Positions 38,515 to 48,824 of a stretch of 64,000 nucleotides of DNA are shown here, one piece after another. The DNA lies in sequence record SRR31156797_3432; one strand, written 5' to 3'. The translations under genes were made by a program, and so were the position numbers. The notes beneath the pieces are model-generated. The model ran no database searches. It saw only the letters and a list, made by a program, of their open reading frames with translations, and had not been told where the DNA came from. How positions within the stretch are numbered: position 1 is the first letter of the stretch; each line of letters opens with the position of its first letter.

Positions 38515-39085
38515 TAGGGTTTCTAACTTTTTTTATGAAATAGGAATGCTTCAGATTATGAAGCGAACCGGACAGGACTATCTCGGCTCCGGTACTCAGT
38601 CTATTGCTGATCACTCTTTCCGTGTGGCTATAATGGGTTACACCCTTGCTAAAATGGTCGGATGTGACGCTGATAAGGTCATGAAGATGTGCATGTTTCA
38701 CGATGTTGAAGAGGCTCGCACGGGCGACCTTAACTATCTTCAGCAGGCTTATGTTCAGTCTGATGACGAGCGGGCTATCAAAGACTCTATGCGTGGGCTT
38801 CCTATGGAGGCTGAGGTTCTTGAGCTTATTGATGAGTACACAGCTCAGGAGACTATCGAGGCTGTTGTTGCGAAAGATGCCGATGTTCTGGAGCTTCTGT
38901 TTTTCCTTAAAGAGCAGAAGGATAGGGGTAATCAGCAGGCGGAAAACTGGATTAGAACCGCTATAAAGAGGCTTAAAACTGAAAATGCTGTGAGGATTTT
39001 CGAATCCGCCAGCGAAATTATGTATTACGAATGGTGGTACAACAATAAAGATGAAAGCTGGGAACGGGGAAACAAAAACTGGTAA
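38498..39085 (+). CDS. HD-domain phosphohydrolase (YfbR/HDDC2-like)
   Basis: [23 protein letters not shown]. Confidence 0.85.
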   Translation: MKETSDRVSNFFYEIGMLQIMKRTGQDYLGSGTQSIADHSFRVAIMGYTLAKMVGCDADKVMKMCMFHDVEEARTGDLNYLQQAYVQSDDERAIKDSMRGLPMEAEVLELIDEYTAQETIEAVVAKDADVLELLFFLKEQKDRGNQQAENWIRTAIKRLKTENAVRIFESASEIMYYEWWYNNKDESWERGNKNW

Positions 39086-39587
39086 AGGGTTTGATCACAG
39101 TCCTTTAGATACAGTAGTTAAAGCTTTTGGACTTGTATTCTTCAATGAAAAAGCGTTGATGTCCATCATGCTTAACCGTAAACATACTTCTAATATATTT
39201 ATGCTTTATGTTGTGACACTCTTCATCCCTTTTAAGGGCATGACTGGAGTTCTCCAGCCGACCGGTGCCGGTCAGATAATCGAGAGTATACTTCTCACAT
39301 CTATATATATAGGTCTTATTTATCTCTATATGCCTAAGAGAAAAGGTGTTTTTATGGCGACTGTCAGAGTTATGCTCGCCATAGAAGTCATTTCTGCTTT
39401 CCTGCCTCTGACTTTTATGATGGAAGATATTACGCTTAAATATTTTCACCCTATGTTCCTTGCGTGGTATCTCAGCCTATCTGTAATGTGTGTTAGCAAG
39501 ATCAAAGGATTTGGCTATATACTTTCATCTTTGATTGTGATATCTGCTTTTATGGTGACTATATTATTTCCTGCATTCTTTGCATAA
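39051..39587 (+). CDS. Hypothetical membrane protein with about 5 TM segments
   Basis: Hydrophobic ORF overlapping the HD gene, in operon context. Confidence 0.65.
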   Translation: MKAGNGETKTGKGFDHSPLDTVVKAFGLVFFNEKALMSIMLNRKHTSNIFMLYVVTLFIPFKGMTGVLQPTGAGQIIESILLTSIYIGLIYLYMPKRKGVFMATVRVMLAIEVISAFLPLTFMMEDITLKYFHPMFLAWYLSLSVMCVSKIKGFGYILSSLIVISAFMVTILFPAFFA

Positions 39588-39599
39588 TAAGGTATTAAA

Positions 39600-40964
39600 T
39601 TGAACCAGACAAACGAAAATTCCGGCGGCATCAAAGAGATGCTGACCATCGCATTCCCTATGATAATTTCCAGCGGATGCGAAACTGTGATGATGTTTAC
39701 CGACAGGCTATTCCTCTCTAAGCTTAGCATGGCTGAGATGAATGCTTCCATGGCTGGCGGGCTCAGCTTCTTTTTCCTCATATCATTTTTTATGGGGCTG
39801 CTCAGTTATTCCACAGCTTTGACCGCTCAATATTTCGGCAGTGGTGAACGGGACAAATGCCCGCAGGTTTTGACTCAGGCTATATTTATAGTAATTATCT
39901 CTTATCCGGTGACACTTATCGCCAGACCTTTTATACATATGATGTTCGTTGGGACAGGGATAGAAGAATCCCAGCTCGCACACCAGCTTATATATTTCGA
40001 TACTCTTCTTTACGCTTCTTTCCTCCCTCTGATAAGGATATCTCTAAGTAATTTCTTCTCAGGTATAGGTATGACAAAAATAGTCATGGTGGCTACTTTC
40101 TGCTCCATGATTGTAAATGTAGGTGCTAACTATGTGCTTATATTTGGTAAGTTCGGGGTTAGCCCGCTCGGTGTCAAAGGTGCGGCATACGGCTCGATAA
40201 TCGGTACGCTCTCTGCTGTTGTTATAATGCTTTTTGTATATTTCAGAAGAACTTTTGCTGATGAATATAATATATCAAATTCATTTCGCTTCGATGCTGG
40301 AATTATAAAGAAGATTTTTCGTTTCGGTACTCCGTCAGGTGTAGAGCTTTTTATGATTATATGTGCATTTAATCTTATGATAGCTATTTTCCACTCAGAC
40401 GGAACAGTTAGTGCCGCTGCGACAACGATACTTTTCAACTGGGACTATGTATCTTTTATCCCGCTTTTGGGGCTTGAGGTTGCTGTGACCTCCCTTGTAG
40501 GGCGGTATGTCGGCGCTGGCAGGCACGATATTGTCGAGCGCACTGTTAAATCAGGACTGAAGCTAGGCTGGGCTTATTCAGTATTTATTCTTATCATGTT
40601 CGCTTTTTTCCCCGGAGTGCTAGTAGACATGTTCAGACCGGAGGGTGAACCCGCTCTCTATGCCGAGATACGCCCACTAGGTGTATTTATGATAAGGCTT
40701 GCGGCATGTTATACAATGGTTAACGCAGTTATGATAGTTTACATGGGAGCTCTTAAAGGGGCTGGTGATACTTTCTGGTCGATGGTCATTAATCTGTCTT
40801 ATAACTGGCTGATACTTGCTGCGCTTTATTTCGCTATGAAGGTAATGAATACTTCGGCGGCTACAGGGTGGGTTGTTGTGGTTGCGATATTCGTTTTCCT
40901 CCCTTTTATCCTCTACGCAAGGTTCAGAAGCGGTAAGTGGAAAACTCTTAATGTGATTGGATAA
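39600..40964 (+). CDS. MATE-family efflux transporter
   Basis: About 12 TM; FTDRLFLS, NYVLIFGKFG..LGVKGAA, GAGDT. Confidence 0.9.
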   Translation: MNQTNENSGGIKEMLTIAFPMIISSGCETVMMFTDRLFLSKLSMAEMNASMAGGLSFFFLISFFMGLLSYSTALTAQYFGSGERDKCPQVLTQAIFIVIISYPVTLIARPFIHMMFVGTGIEESQLAHQLIYFDTLLYASFLPLIRISLSNFFSGIGMTKIVMVATFCSMIVNVGANYVLIFGKFGVSPLGVKGAAYGSIIGTLSAVVIMLFVYFRRTFADEYNISNSFRFDAGIIKKIFRFGTPSGVELFMIICAFNLMIAIFHSDGTVSAAATTILFNWDYVSFIPLLGLEVAVTSLVGRYVGAGRHDIVERTVKSGLKLGWAYSVFILIMFAFFPGVLVDMFRPEGEPALYAEIRPLGVFMIRLAACYTMVNAVMIVYMGALKGAGDTFWSMVINLSYNWLILAALYFAMKVMNTSAATGWVVVVAIFVFLPFILYARFRSGKWKTLNVIG

Positions 40965-40994
40965 AAAAAAAGGGGAAGCGTTAACGTCCCCTTT
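40963..40994 (-). terminator. Intrinsic terminator between convergent MATE and fprA, possibly bidirectional
   Basis: AAAGGGGA...TCCCCTTT stem with an A9 tract on the left. Confidence 0.7.
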
Positions 40995-41010
40995 GATTAA
41001 TTGCTTTGCA

Positions 41011-41088
41011 GGCTCCTGAAAGAAGCCGTAAAACGAGGGACATTAATATACTTCACAGTATAGTGTCCCGCCAGTCGATGCCAGCGAC
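41011..41088. repeat. Family A structured element, copy 4 (abuts the fprA stop)
   Basis: GGCTCCTGAAAGAAGCC, GTAAAACGAGGGA, TCACAGTATAGTG, GCC, GTCG-ATGCCAG-CGAC. Confidence 0.65.
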
Positions 41089-42296
41089 TAGTTCTCGAGG
41101 ACGTTCATACCGAAATCGCGTCCCCACTGATAAGCGGCTTCAACTTCTTCTGTTGACGGCGTCATCTTAACTTTGAATGACGGAAGAGGGAGCTTCATCC
41201 TCATACTCTTCATTATGTCCTCAGAAACTCTTACACCTTCTCCACTCCAGCCGAAAGAACCGAAACATCCACCGAGCCTGTTCACAACGTTGAGCACAAC
41301 GAAGAAGGAGAACAGGTCAAGGATAGGGTGCGGTGCTTTTGCATTAAGTGTTGGTGTACCTATGAGAACCCCGTGGGATATCTCTATCGAATCGATCATA
41401 GTCATAACGTCAGTTGTGGCACAATCGAACTCTTCAACTTTAACTCCGACCTCTTCGATACCTTTTGTGATGGCATCAGCAAGAGCTTTAGTGTTTCCGT
41501 AAGCTGTTGCGTAAACAAGAGTCACCTGCTTGTTCACCATATTTTTGTAATATCTGGCTGCGGAAGTTTTATAGAAATCAATATAGAAATCTAAGTCTTC
41601 TACTATCACTGGGCCGTGTGAAGGGCAAACCATGTCGATATCTACATCAGCGATCTTTGTAAGAGCCTTATTGATGTGCTCTTTGTAAGGGCGCATGATC
41701 ATAGAGTAGTAGAATCTAAAAGCTTCCTTAGCCTCTTCTTTGTTCTCTATCTCAGAGTTGAGAAGTACATCGCCTTTCGGGCAGTAGTGTGCACCGAGGA
41801 AATCACAAGGGAAGAGGATATTGTCCTCGTCCAGATAGGTGAACATGGTGTCCGGCCAGTGCAGGAAAGGTGTGTGGAAGAACTTAAGTGTTTTTCCGCC
41901 GAGATCAATAACATCGTCGTCACCCACAGCACGACCGTTAAATTCTCTGTTTACGATATTTTCAACGAAAGTTTTCGCCGTTTTAGAATAGATAACTTCC
42001 ATATCAGGCTTGATGTCAAGCAGAGCAGGAAGAGCACCGGAGTGATCCGGCTCGTTATGGTTCAGTATTATATAGTCAATATCTTTGATAGGCATAATCT
42101 GCTCTATCGTTTTGATATACTCATCTTTAAATATAAGTTTGTTCGCTTCAATCAGGGCACACTTTTCAGTGCCTTTAACCAGATAACTGTTGTATGTAGT
42201 TCCGTGTTGAGTCGGGATCACGATATCGAAAATTTCGAGCTCAGGATCCTTGACACCTACCCAGTAGATGTCTTTCTTTAAGAGAGTCGCCTCCAT
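41088..42296 (-). CDS. fprA: Flavodiiron protein (FprA, class A; O2/NO reductase)
   Basis: GTTYNSY, NHNEPDHSG, LHWPD, PSHGP, flavodoxin YATAYGNT and GSFGWSGE. Confidence 0.93.
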   Translation of the reverse strand: MEATLLKKDIYWVGVKDPELEIFDIVIPTQHGTTYNSYLVKGTEKCALIEANKLIFKDEYIKTIEQIMPIKDIDYIILNHNEPDHSGALPALLDIKPDMEVIYSKTAKTFVENIVNREFNGRAVGDDDVIDLGGKTLKFFHTPFLHWPDTMFTYLDEDNILFPCDFLGAHYCPKGDVLLNSEIENKEEAKEAFRFYYSMIMRPYKEHINKALTKIADVDIDMVCPSHGPVIVEDLDFYIDFYKTSAARYYKNMVNKQVTLVYATAYGNTKALADAITKGIEEVGVKVEEFDCATTDVMTMIDSIEISHGVLIGTPTLNAKAPHPILDLFSFFVVLNVVNRLGGCFGSFGWSGEGVRVSEDIMKSMRMKLPLPSFKVKMTPSTEEVEAAYQWGRDFGMNVLEN

Positions 42297-42311
42297 TTTT
42301 CCTCCATATTG

Positions 42312-42337
42312 AAAAAAGCCACCGCTAAGGGTGGCTT
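42312..42337 (-). terminator. Intrinsic terminator between rubredoxin and fprA
   Basis: Minus strand AAGCCACC-CTTAGC-GGTGGCTT-TTTT. Confidence 0.75.
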
Positions 42338-42344
42338 AATCATA

Positions 42345-42506
42345 TTAATCTTCGTAGACCTCAAAGCCGTCTTTGCCTACACCACATTCTGGGCAGACCC
42401 ATTCGTCAGGAATATCTTCAAACTTAGTACCAGCCTCAATGCCGCTGTCCGGATCGCCTACTTCTGGATCATAAATCCAACCACAAATTGTGCAAATATA
42501 CTTCAT
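42345..42506 (-). CDS. Rubredoxin, 53 aa (absent from the ORF track)
   Basis: Translated by hand: [62 protein letters not shown]. Confidence 0.96.
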   Translation of the reverse strand: MKYICTICGWIYDPEVGDPDSGIEAGTKFEDIPDEWVCPECGVGKDGFEVYED

Positions 42507-42561
42507 TTGTTCCTCCTAGTTGATAATTAATATTAAGAGTATAATCATCTCTTTACATAAG

Positions 42562-43551
42562 TCAAACTTTTTTCACGTCTTCGCCCTTAAAACCGGCTTT
42601 TTTTAACAGCCTGATTTTAATTGTTTCTATAATCTCGTCATAATTCTGATCTGTAAGTGATATCTGACCACCGGCAGATTTCATATGTCCGCCGCCGGTT
42701 CCTAATCCTTTAACAAGTGACATAGCTATTCTACCTACTTTCATACGGGCAGATTTCGCCCTCAGAGAGAAATAGCCGTTGTCTTCTATCCTTCCTACCA
42801 CGAAAGTCCACTTTGTGTCTCTCATCCTGAGTAGAAAGTCGCTAGTTTCAGCTATCAGGTCAGCATTCCTGACGTCACCAAGGTCACAGAATATTATATC
42901 ATCCATAATCTCGGCACAGTCTAAAGCTTTTCTAAGGTTTTTGTAATAATATCTTGGGAGTTCAGGATTTTCGATTCTGGTGAGCTTTTTCAGCGATATA
43001 TTAGGGAAGATGTATGCCATCATTTCGAGATCGTGCTGATTACTCGATCGCCCAGAGCCGACAGTATCTGTTTTTATTCCGTAATAGAGCGCTGTAGCTG
43101 TATTCATATCAGGCTGTAGCCCGAGAGTTTTCATGTATTCGACTATGATAGTGCTGGTGCTTCCTGCTTTCGGGCGAACATCGTGCAGTTTTACCTGCTT
43201 GGTAGTAGCTCGGAAGTTGTGGTGGTCGACAGTTACATCAGCATTAAAGCCTTTAGGTATAAATACATTACCGGCTCTTGGCTGAGTATCAACAACTATG
43301 AGATAGTCATATCTGGAAAAATTGAGTTTAGTCGACGGATGCATGTCGATGTAGCAGCTTTTGATAAGCTCTCTGTTTTCGGCACGCCCAACAAGCCCGT
43401 GATACGCTATTGTACATCGTTTTTTCAGTGTTTTCGTAAGGATGTACTTCATGCCTAAAGCAGCGGCAATGGTATCGGGGTCAGGGTTATTATGTGTCAG
43501 TATAAGGACTTTCCTCTTCGGTTTAATGTCCTCTAAAATCTGCTCTATCAT
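42562..43551 (-). CDS. DHH/DHHA1 phosphoesterase (NrnA-like)
   Basis: THNNPDPD, VVDT, VDHH, GIKTDT, GGGH. Confidence 0.88.
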   Translation of the reverse strand: MIEQILEDIKPKRKVLILTHNNPDPDTIAAALGMKYILTKTLKKRCTIAYHGLVGRAENRELIKSCYIDMHPSTKLNFSRYDYLIVVDTQPRAGNVFIPKGFNADVTVDHHNFRATTKQVKLHDVRPKAGSTSTIIVEYMKTLGLQPDMNTATALYYGIKTDTVGSGRSSNQHDLEMMAYIFPNISLKKLTRIENPELPRYYYKNLRKALDCAEIMDDIIFCDLGDVRNADLIAETSDFLLRMRDTKWTFVVGRIEDNGYFSLRAKSARMKVGRIAMSLVKGLGTGGGHMKSAGGQISLTDQNYDEIIETIKIRLLKKAGFKGEDVKKV

Positions 43552-43569
43552 GTGGAAAGATTAAGCTTC

Positions 43570-44595
43570 TTACTCGGTAAAATCAAGTAAAATATTGTTT
43601 GACTCGTCTATCCTCGATGAAAAACCATATTCTGCTTCAATACTTTGCAGCTTTTTAATTAGTATTTCAGAACTGAGATAAGCGGATATTTCTATGTCGA
43701 GTTTGTTCCCTGCGAAGCTCTTGATTTTATATGAATCTATGAACGCACGTTTCTTTAAGTCTTCCATAATCTTTTTAGGAGTCGCGAAGTTATCATAATT
43801 TTCTGCTACGAGATTATAAGTGCCGAGAACCTTTTCGCCGCTAGGGAGCGGGATGAAGTTCTTGCGGATGAAGCCGAGTGTTTTGAGGAACGAGAGAGAG
43901 AAAGCGGATAATGCACACTGGTCATCGTCTATGTCAGTTGCGGAGCTTTTAGTTTTAAGTGTTTTAAACTCTTTTGTCTTAGAGTAAGTTTTTGTTGTGA
44001 GGATAATTGTACACTGCCCCTCAGCGGAAGGCTCTCTTATGAGTGACATTTCAAGGAAATACTGTGAGTCGCTCGCCTTGAAAGCTGACATCCGCTCCTC
44101 AGGAGTAGAGTTTTCTTTCAGATTTGCCTGATAGTCTGACTGGTGCTTTGTATTGAATTTATACTCTTTAAAAGCGCCGGCGATATTACTGCTGAATCCT
44201 GTCTCTATACCAATGCCTGTGACGTTATAAACTGCTGTATTTACTACATTATCAACAAAATACATAAGGTCGTTGAGAGCGACATCGTCAACATCGGCAA
44301 GGATAGTATATGTCACAGCATCGTCAGTGAGGGATCTTTCAGCTATCTTATAGCTCTTTATAAATTTAAAGAATTCTGTTGTAACATCAGGAATTTCCTT
44401 ATTCGGCTGGTTCGCTTTCAGTTTGCTGAAATAATTTTTAAGAGCGTTCAGAACTGCCTGTTCCCTCGCCTCAGAATCAGCAGCGACAATATTTCCGTCC
44501 ATAACCGGCTTGGTTGATGAACCTTGTATTACATATGCATTCGCAGTGAATGACATAATCAGTATAGTTATAATTATAAGCAGTTTACTCTTCAT
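43570..44595 (-). CDS. Hypothetical exported protein
   Basis: Signal peptide MKSKLLIIITILIMSFTANA; overlaps the lptD stop. Confidence 0.7.
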   Translation of the reverse strand: MKSKLLIIITILIMSFTANAYVIQGSSTKPVMDGNIVAADSEAREQAVLNALKNYFSKLKANQPNKEIPDVTTEFFKFIKSYKIAERSLTDDAVTYTILADVDDVALNDLMYFVDNVVNTAVYNVTGIGIETGFSSNIAGAFKEYKFNTKHQSDYQANLKENSTPEERMSAFKASDSQYFLEMSLIREPSAEGQCTIILTTKTYSKTKEFKTLKTKSSATDIDDDQCALSAFSLSFLKTLGFIRKNFIPLPSGEKVLGTYNLVAENYDNFATPKKIMEDLKKRAFIDSYKIKSFAGNKLDIEISAYLSSEILIKKLQSIEAEYGFSSRIDESNNILLDFTE

Positions 44596-46756
44596 CTGTT
44601 TCATCCTCATCAAAGCTTTCGCTGAAGGCTCTTGCGGAATCGCCAAGTCCTCTTAGCGAGATGTTAAACATTATAGTATGCTCTACATCATTTTTTGCAT
44701 TTTTGTCAACGTTAGAGCCGTTATCTTCTCTTATATAACTCACGTCAAAGCTCCAGCATTCGCTTTTATATGTTACCTTTATCTCGTCAGAGACATCTTC
44801 AAGGTTGTCAGTTGATATACCTTCGTTTAAGCCGGAAACACTTCTTGTATAGCTAAGATCATATTTTTTGCTTATGTAGGCGGCAGTCAGCTCAGCGCTG
44901 GTATTATTTCCGTCAGAATCATAGTCATCTCTGTCGTAAGTATATGAAGCGTCAAGCTTAAACGGCTTTATATTTAAAACAGCATAGCTTCTTAAATAGT
45001 CGTCTTCATCGTCCTCAAGGTCTAGCTCATGCTTAATGCCAAAGCTGACCGGATGTGTGAAAATATCAAGCTTAGTCGTAAGCTCATCATTTTCAGCACT
45101 ATCATCCATCAGCACATGTGCGTACTCATTTACAAGTGATACAGACCATGTTGCAGCGCCAAAATAGTTATTAAGCGAATACCTGTACTCTCGTGACGGA
45201 TCAATTATGTCATCATATATGATGTCTGAGATACCGGATTGGTTCAGTTTAGGTGTCTGCTCATACGCCAAAGTGTTATATATTGAGTGTCTAAATCCAT
45301 TGTAATCTTTATATATTTCGTTCAGCTTGAAAGTGTGAAGCTGAGTGTAAGTCTTTCTTGTGATGGAATCATCGCCTGTTGTCACTTTTGCAAAAGAAGA
45401 GACATCATCTTCGGCCGGCATTGTAAAGTTACCGTCAAAGTTATGCCACTTGGTGTAGTATCCTTTGATGGAAGGAGTAAAAGTACCTATATATAGGTTG
45501 AAAGGTTTATAAGCCTTAAGTGTCAAGTGCTCTCTATCGAATTTTGTTTCACTTGTCTGTGTGCTTTCGCTTGCGTATATGTGGCTGTATTTAGTGTATC
45601 TCACCTTATCAAAGCCAGCGTAGTATTTAAAATAAACAGGAAATTTCGAAATATTTTTCTGCACGCTTATCCTGGGCGCAGAGTATGTATGCTCTTTTGT
45701 GTATGAGGAGCCGAGGTTGTATTCCATAGTGTCTATGTATTTAATATATATGTCAGAATACTTTGTGAGATAGCCTAAAGTGAAATTAGCTTTATAAGTA
45801 TCCGTCGAATTGTCATAGTCTTCTATCTGTCCGAATTTTTCGAAATCGCCTAAGTATTCATAGTCAGAAACCGTATCTACCTGTGACTGAAAATATAATC
45901 TGTCAGCAAGCTTAAGTTTAGAAGTGTTGTATATGAAGAACCTACTGTCCTCTTCCCTAAGGTCGTATGCACCGTTTTTTGTAGCGGGATATTTCTTATC
46001 ATCAGATGTAAACTCTACATAAGTATATAAAGAGTTATCCTTTGAAGGTTCTAATCTGTGTTCTAAAGCGTAAAGTGGATTCTTCTTAGCTGAGAGCATT
46101 GTTGATATCGTGGCATCCTGATCAACACCGATATTCCAGAAGAAATGCGGCTGAATGAATGCGCCAGTGTTACTGTTGTAGCCAGCGTCAGGGATTAGAA
46201 ATCCTGTCTCACGCTCAGTCTTTACAGGGTAAATGAAGTATGGGCTATATAGTATAGGTACGTTTTTTACCCTTGCTGTGGTGTGTTTAGCTGTGAGATA
46301 ACCACCGACAACTATATCAGCTTCTGAAGCTTTGAAAGACCAGTCCGGAACCTTGCCACTGCAAGTTGAGAATGTGACGTCGTTAAGTCCATATGAATAC
46401 TCGTTATGTCGCTCCATCATTGAAGCGGAAAACCAGTGGTAAGGTGGCATAAAAGCGTTAGCATTTTTGAATGTGCCGGTTGCTTTTTCAGTGTTATATT
46501 CGAGTTCGTCGCAGTCAATTCTGCTCCCTTTACTTGAAAGGGTGACATTATTTAAGGCTCTTATAGTGTTTTTTTCTTTGTTGTAAAAGATTTCATCAGC
46601 TAGTAAGGTCTTATCACCTTGGAAGATTTTTACATTTCCCTTGGCGTGAAAGATAGACTTTTCAGGTGTGTCGACAGAGTCCGCTTCGATAGTGACCTTA
46701 TCACCGGCAAAAGCGTTAAAAGAAATAAGAAGTAGGAGTGCAAGAAGTCTTTTCAC
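44585..46756 (-). CDS. lptD: LPS assembly outer-membrane protein LptD
   Basis: Signal peptide, OstA-like N-domain (IEAD, LLADEIFYN), FSTC, RETGFLIP, C-terminal YKSECW barrel. Confidence 0.82.
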   Translation of the reverse strand: MKRLLALLLLISFNAFAGDKVTIEADSVDTPEKSIFHAKGNVKIFQGDKTLLADEIFYNKEKNTIRALNNVTLSSKGSRIDCDELEYNTEKATGTFKNANAFMPPYHWFSASMMERHNEYSYGLNDVTFSTCSGKVPDWSFKASEADIVVGGYLTAKHTTARVKNVPILYSPYFIYPVKTERETGFLIPDAGYNSNTGAFIQPHFFWNIGVDQDATISTMLSAKKNPLYALEHRLEPSKDNSLYTYVEFTSDDKKYPATKNGAYDLREEDSRFFIYNTSKLKLADRLYFQSQVDTVSDYEYLGDFEKFGQIEDYDNSTDTYKANFTLGYLTKYSDIYIKYIDTMEYNLGSSYTKEHTYSAPRISVQKNISKFPVYFKYYAGFDKVRYTKYSHIYASESTQTSETKFDREHLTLKAYKPFNLYIGTFTPSIKGYYTKWHNFDGNFTMPAEDDVSSFAKVTTGDDSITRKTYTQLHTFKLNEIYKDYNGFRHSIYNTLAYEQTPKLNQSGISDIIYDDIIDPSREYRYSLNNYFGAATWSVSLVNEYAHVLMDDSAENDELTTKLDIFTHPVSFGIKHELDLEDDEDDYLRSYAVLNIKPFKLDASYTYDRDDYDSDGNNTSAELTAAYISKKYDLSYTRSVSGLNEGISTDNLEDVSDEIKVTYKSECWSFDVSYIREDNGSNVDKNAKNDVEHTIMFNISLRGLGDSARAFSESFDEDETDEE

Positions 46757-47883
46757 ATTATACCTTTAGCCAAAATTTCCCTGACATGGGCGCAGAGATA
46801 AAGGGAACCGCATACGAGTATATCAGCATTTCCGCTAAGTTCAACGGCTATTTTTACCGCTTTTTCAGGGTCAGCTTCCTTTATATGGCTGGTATTAATG
46901 TTGTTTAAGTCTATGCTTCTTTCATTATCTGGTATTGTTGTGAGAACAATGTTTTCTGCTGATTGTTCGACAATCTTCAGCAGTTCATCTGTCGCACGGT
47001 CGGATGTAGAAGAGAAGATAACGGTACAACCTTGGTAGTTAGGAAGTAGTTTACTGAGGGCGTCTTCGTTGTGCGCTCCGTCAAGAATGTACTGACCTAT
47101 TCGCTCTTCACGGCAAGGCATAAGCTTGAGGTCATCAGGCAAGTTACCATCACATATGAAATCGCTCACAGCCTCAGCAAGTTTAAGATTGTTAGAATAA
47201 GGAGACCTGAAACCTAGATATTCATCATCAGAATACCTGGCACGGACGATGGTTTTATTGTCAAGTTTGTAATCTAAATACTTGTTCATATATTCAGAAT
47301 TGTCACCTAGAAAGACAATTAAGTTGTTTTTTACTATAGCAATCTTCTCATCAGCAATCTTTAAGATGTCATTTCCTAGGTATTCAACATGGTCTTTTGA
47401 TATAGATGTTATGACTGGAATCTTACTGTTTAATATATTTGTTGAGTCGAAACGACCGCCGAGTCCGGTTTCTATGATCGCTACATCTGGTGTATTATCC
47501 CTGAAATATCTATATGCAATAAGGGTTAACCCCTCAAAGTAGCTTAGGTTGTGTTTGATTATAATATCTTTTAATTTATCAAACATTAAGTCGAACACGC
47601 CTGATTCGATATCTGCGCCGTTAAGTCTGATTCTCTCGGTTATAGATTTGATATGAGGAGATGTGAAGCAGGCTGTTGATAAGCCTCTGTGAGAGAGGAT
47701 TTGCTCTATGAAATGAGCGGTGCTGCCCTTGCCGTTAGTACCTGCTATGTGTATGGTCTTATTGGTAATATCATCATTGATGCCAGCTTCTTTAGCGGCA
47801 TCTTCTATACGATTTAAAGTGAGCTCCATATTTTTGAACTCACCACATTCTTTATAAAATTGTTCGAATTTTGTTTCAGGCAT
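46753..47883 (-). CDS. folC: Folylpolyglutamate/dihydrofolate synthase
   Basis: IHIAGTNGKGS, TSPH, ETGLGGRFDSTN, LDGAHN, CGSLY. Confidence 0.92.
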   Translation of the reverse strand: MPETKFEQFYKECGEFKNMELTLNRIEDAAKEAGINDDITNKTIHIAGTNGKGSTAHFIEQILSHRGLSTACFTSPHIKSITERIRLNGADIESGVFDLMFDKLKDIIIKHNLSYFEGLTLIAYRYFRDNTPDVAIIETGLGGRFDSTNILNSKIPVITSISKDHVEYLGNDILKIADEKIAIVKNNLIVFLGDNSEYMNKYLDYKLDNKTIVRARYSDDEYLGFRSPYSNNLKLAEAVSDFICDGNLPDDLKLMPCREERIGQYILDGAHNEDALSKLLPNYQGCTVIFSSTSDRATDELLKIVEQSAENIVLTTIPDNERSIDLNNINTSHIKEADPEKAVKIAVELSGNADILVCGSLYLCAHVREILAKGIM

Positions 47884-48728
47884 TAACCGAAGAATTCCAG
47901 TAGATTGTATATAGTTCCTTTCCATTCGTCACGAGGGAGAACCATATCTATCATACCGTGCTCAAGGAGGAATTCAGCTCTCTGAAAACCTTCAGGAAGA
48001 GTTTGGCGGATAGTCTGCTCGATAACTCTTGGACCTGCGAAACAGATGAGTGAACCTGGCTCTGCGATATTAATATCACCGAGCATAGCATAACTTGCAG
48101 TAACACCACCAGTTGTAGGGTCAGTCAGGAGTGAAATGTGCGCCAGCCCAGCCTTACGAAGCTTAACAAGTGCCGCAGAGGTCTTTGCCATCTGCATGAG
48201 AGAAAGGATAGATTCCTGCATTCTCGCACCACCGGAACAGCTTATCGTTATGACGTGCTGATTGTTTTCAATTGCGCTCTCAATGAGGCGTACAATCTTT
48301 TCTCCGACAACACTACCCATAGATCCGCCGAGGAAGTTAAATTCGTAGGCACCTATGTGGACAGGCTTACCGTTTATGCGCCCGATACCGGACACAAAAG
48401 CATCATTGATTTTAGTTTTTTTAGTGGCGGCCTTTATCCTGTCAGTATATTTTTTACTGTCTTTAAATTTGAGAGGATCGAGTGACTTAAGGTTAGCATC
48501 TATCTCCTGAAATGAGCCTTTATCAAGGATTATATTGATCTTGTCCATAGCAGGTATGATAAAATGTTTACCGCATCTCGGGCATGTATTGAGGTTTTTT
48601 GTTACCTCTTTGTGGTAGTTTACTTCGCCGCATGCGGAGCACTTCATCCACAGATTTTCATTTATCTCTTTTTTAGCCGGAATTGTTACTTTCTGTATTT
48701 TTTCACTGAGGAAATCTCTAATACCCAT
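47883..48728 (-). CDS. accD: Acetyl-CoA carboxylase carboxyltransferase beta subunit
   Basis: LWMKCSAC...CPRC Zn finger, [25 protein letters not shown]. Confidence 0.96.
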   Translation of the reverse strand: MGIRDFLSEKIQKVTIPAKKEINENLWMKCSACGEVNYHKEVTKNLNTCPRCGKHFIIPAMDKINIILDKGSFQEIDANLKSLDPLKFKDSKKYTDRIKAATKKTKINDAFVSGIGRINGKPVHIGAYEFNFLGGSMGSVVGEKIVRLIESAIENNQHVITISCSGGARMQESILSLMQMAKTSAALVKLRKAGLAHISLLTDPTTGGVTASYAMLGDINIAEPGSLICFAGPRVIEQTIRQTLPEGFQRAEFLLEHGMIDMVLPRDEWKGTIYNLLEFFG

Positions 48729-48824
48729 TAATGACTCCATTTATATTTATAGGAATGACAAATGTACCTATTAACTAGTTCAATTCTAAAACTGTTCATA
48801 TGTAATTGCAAGAAAATTCTTAGG

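Noticed and set aside
42309..42530. 73-aa plus-strand ORF
   Set aside because: Antisense shadow of the rubredoxin gene and its terminator.
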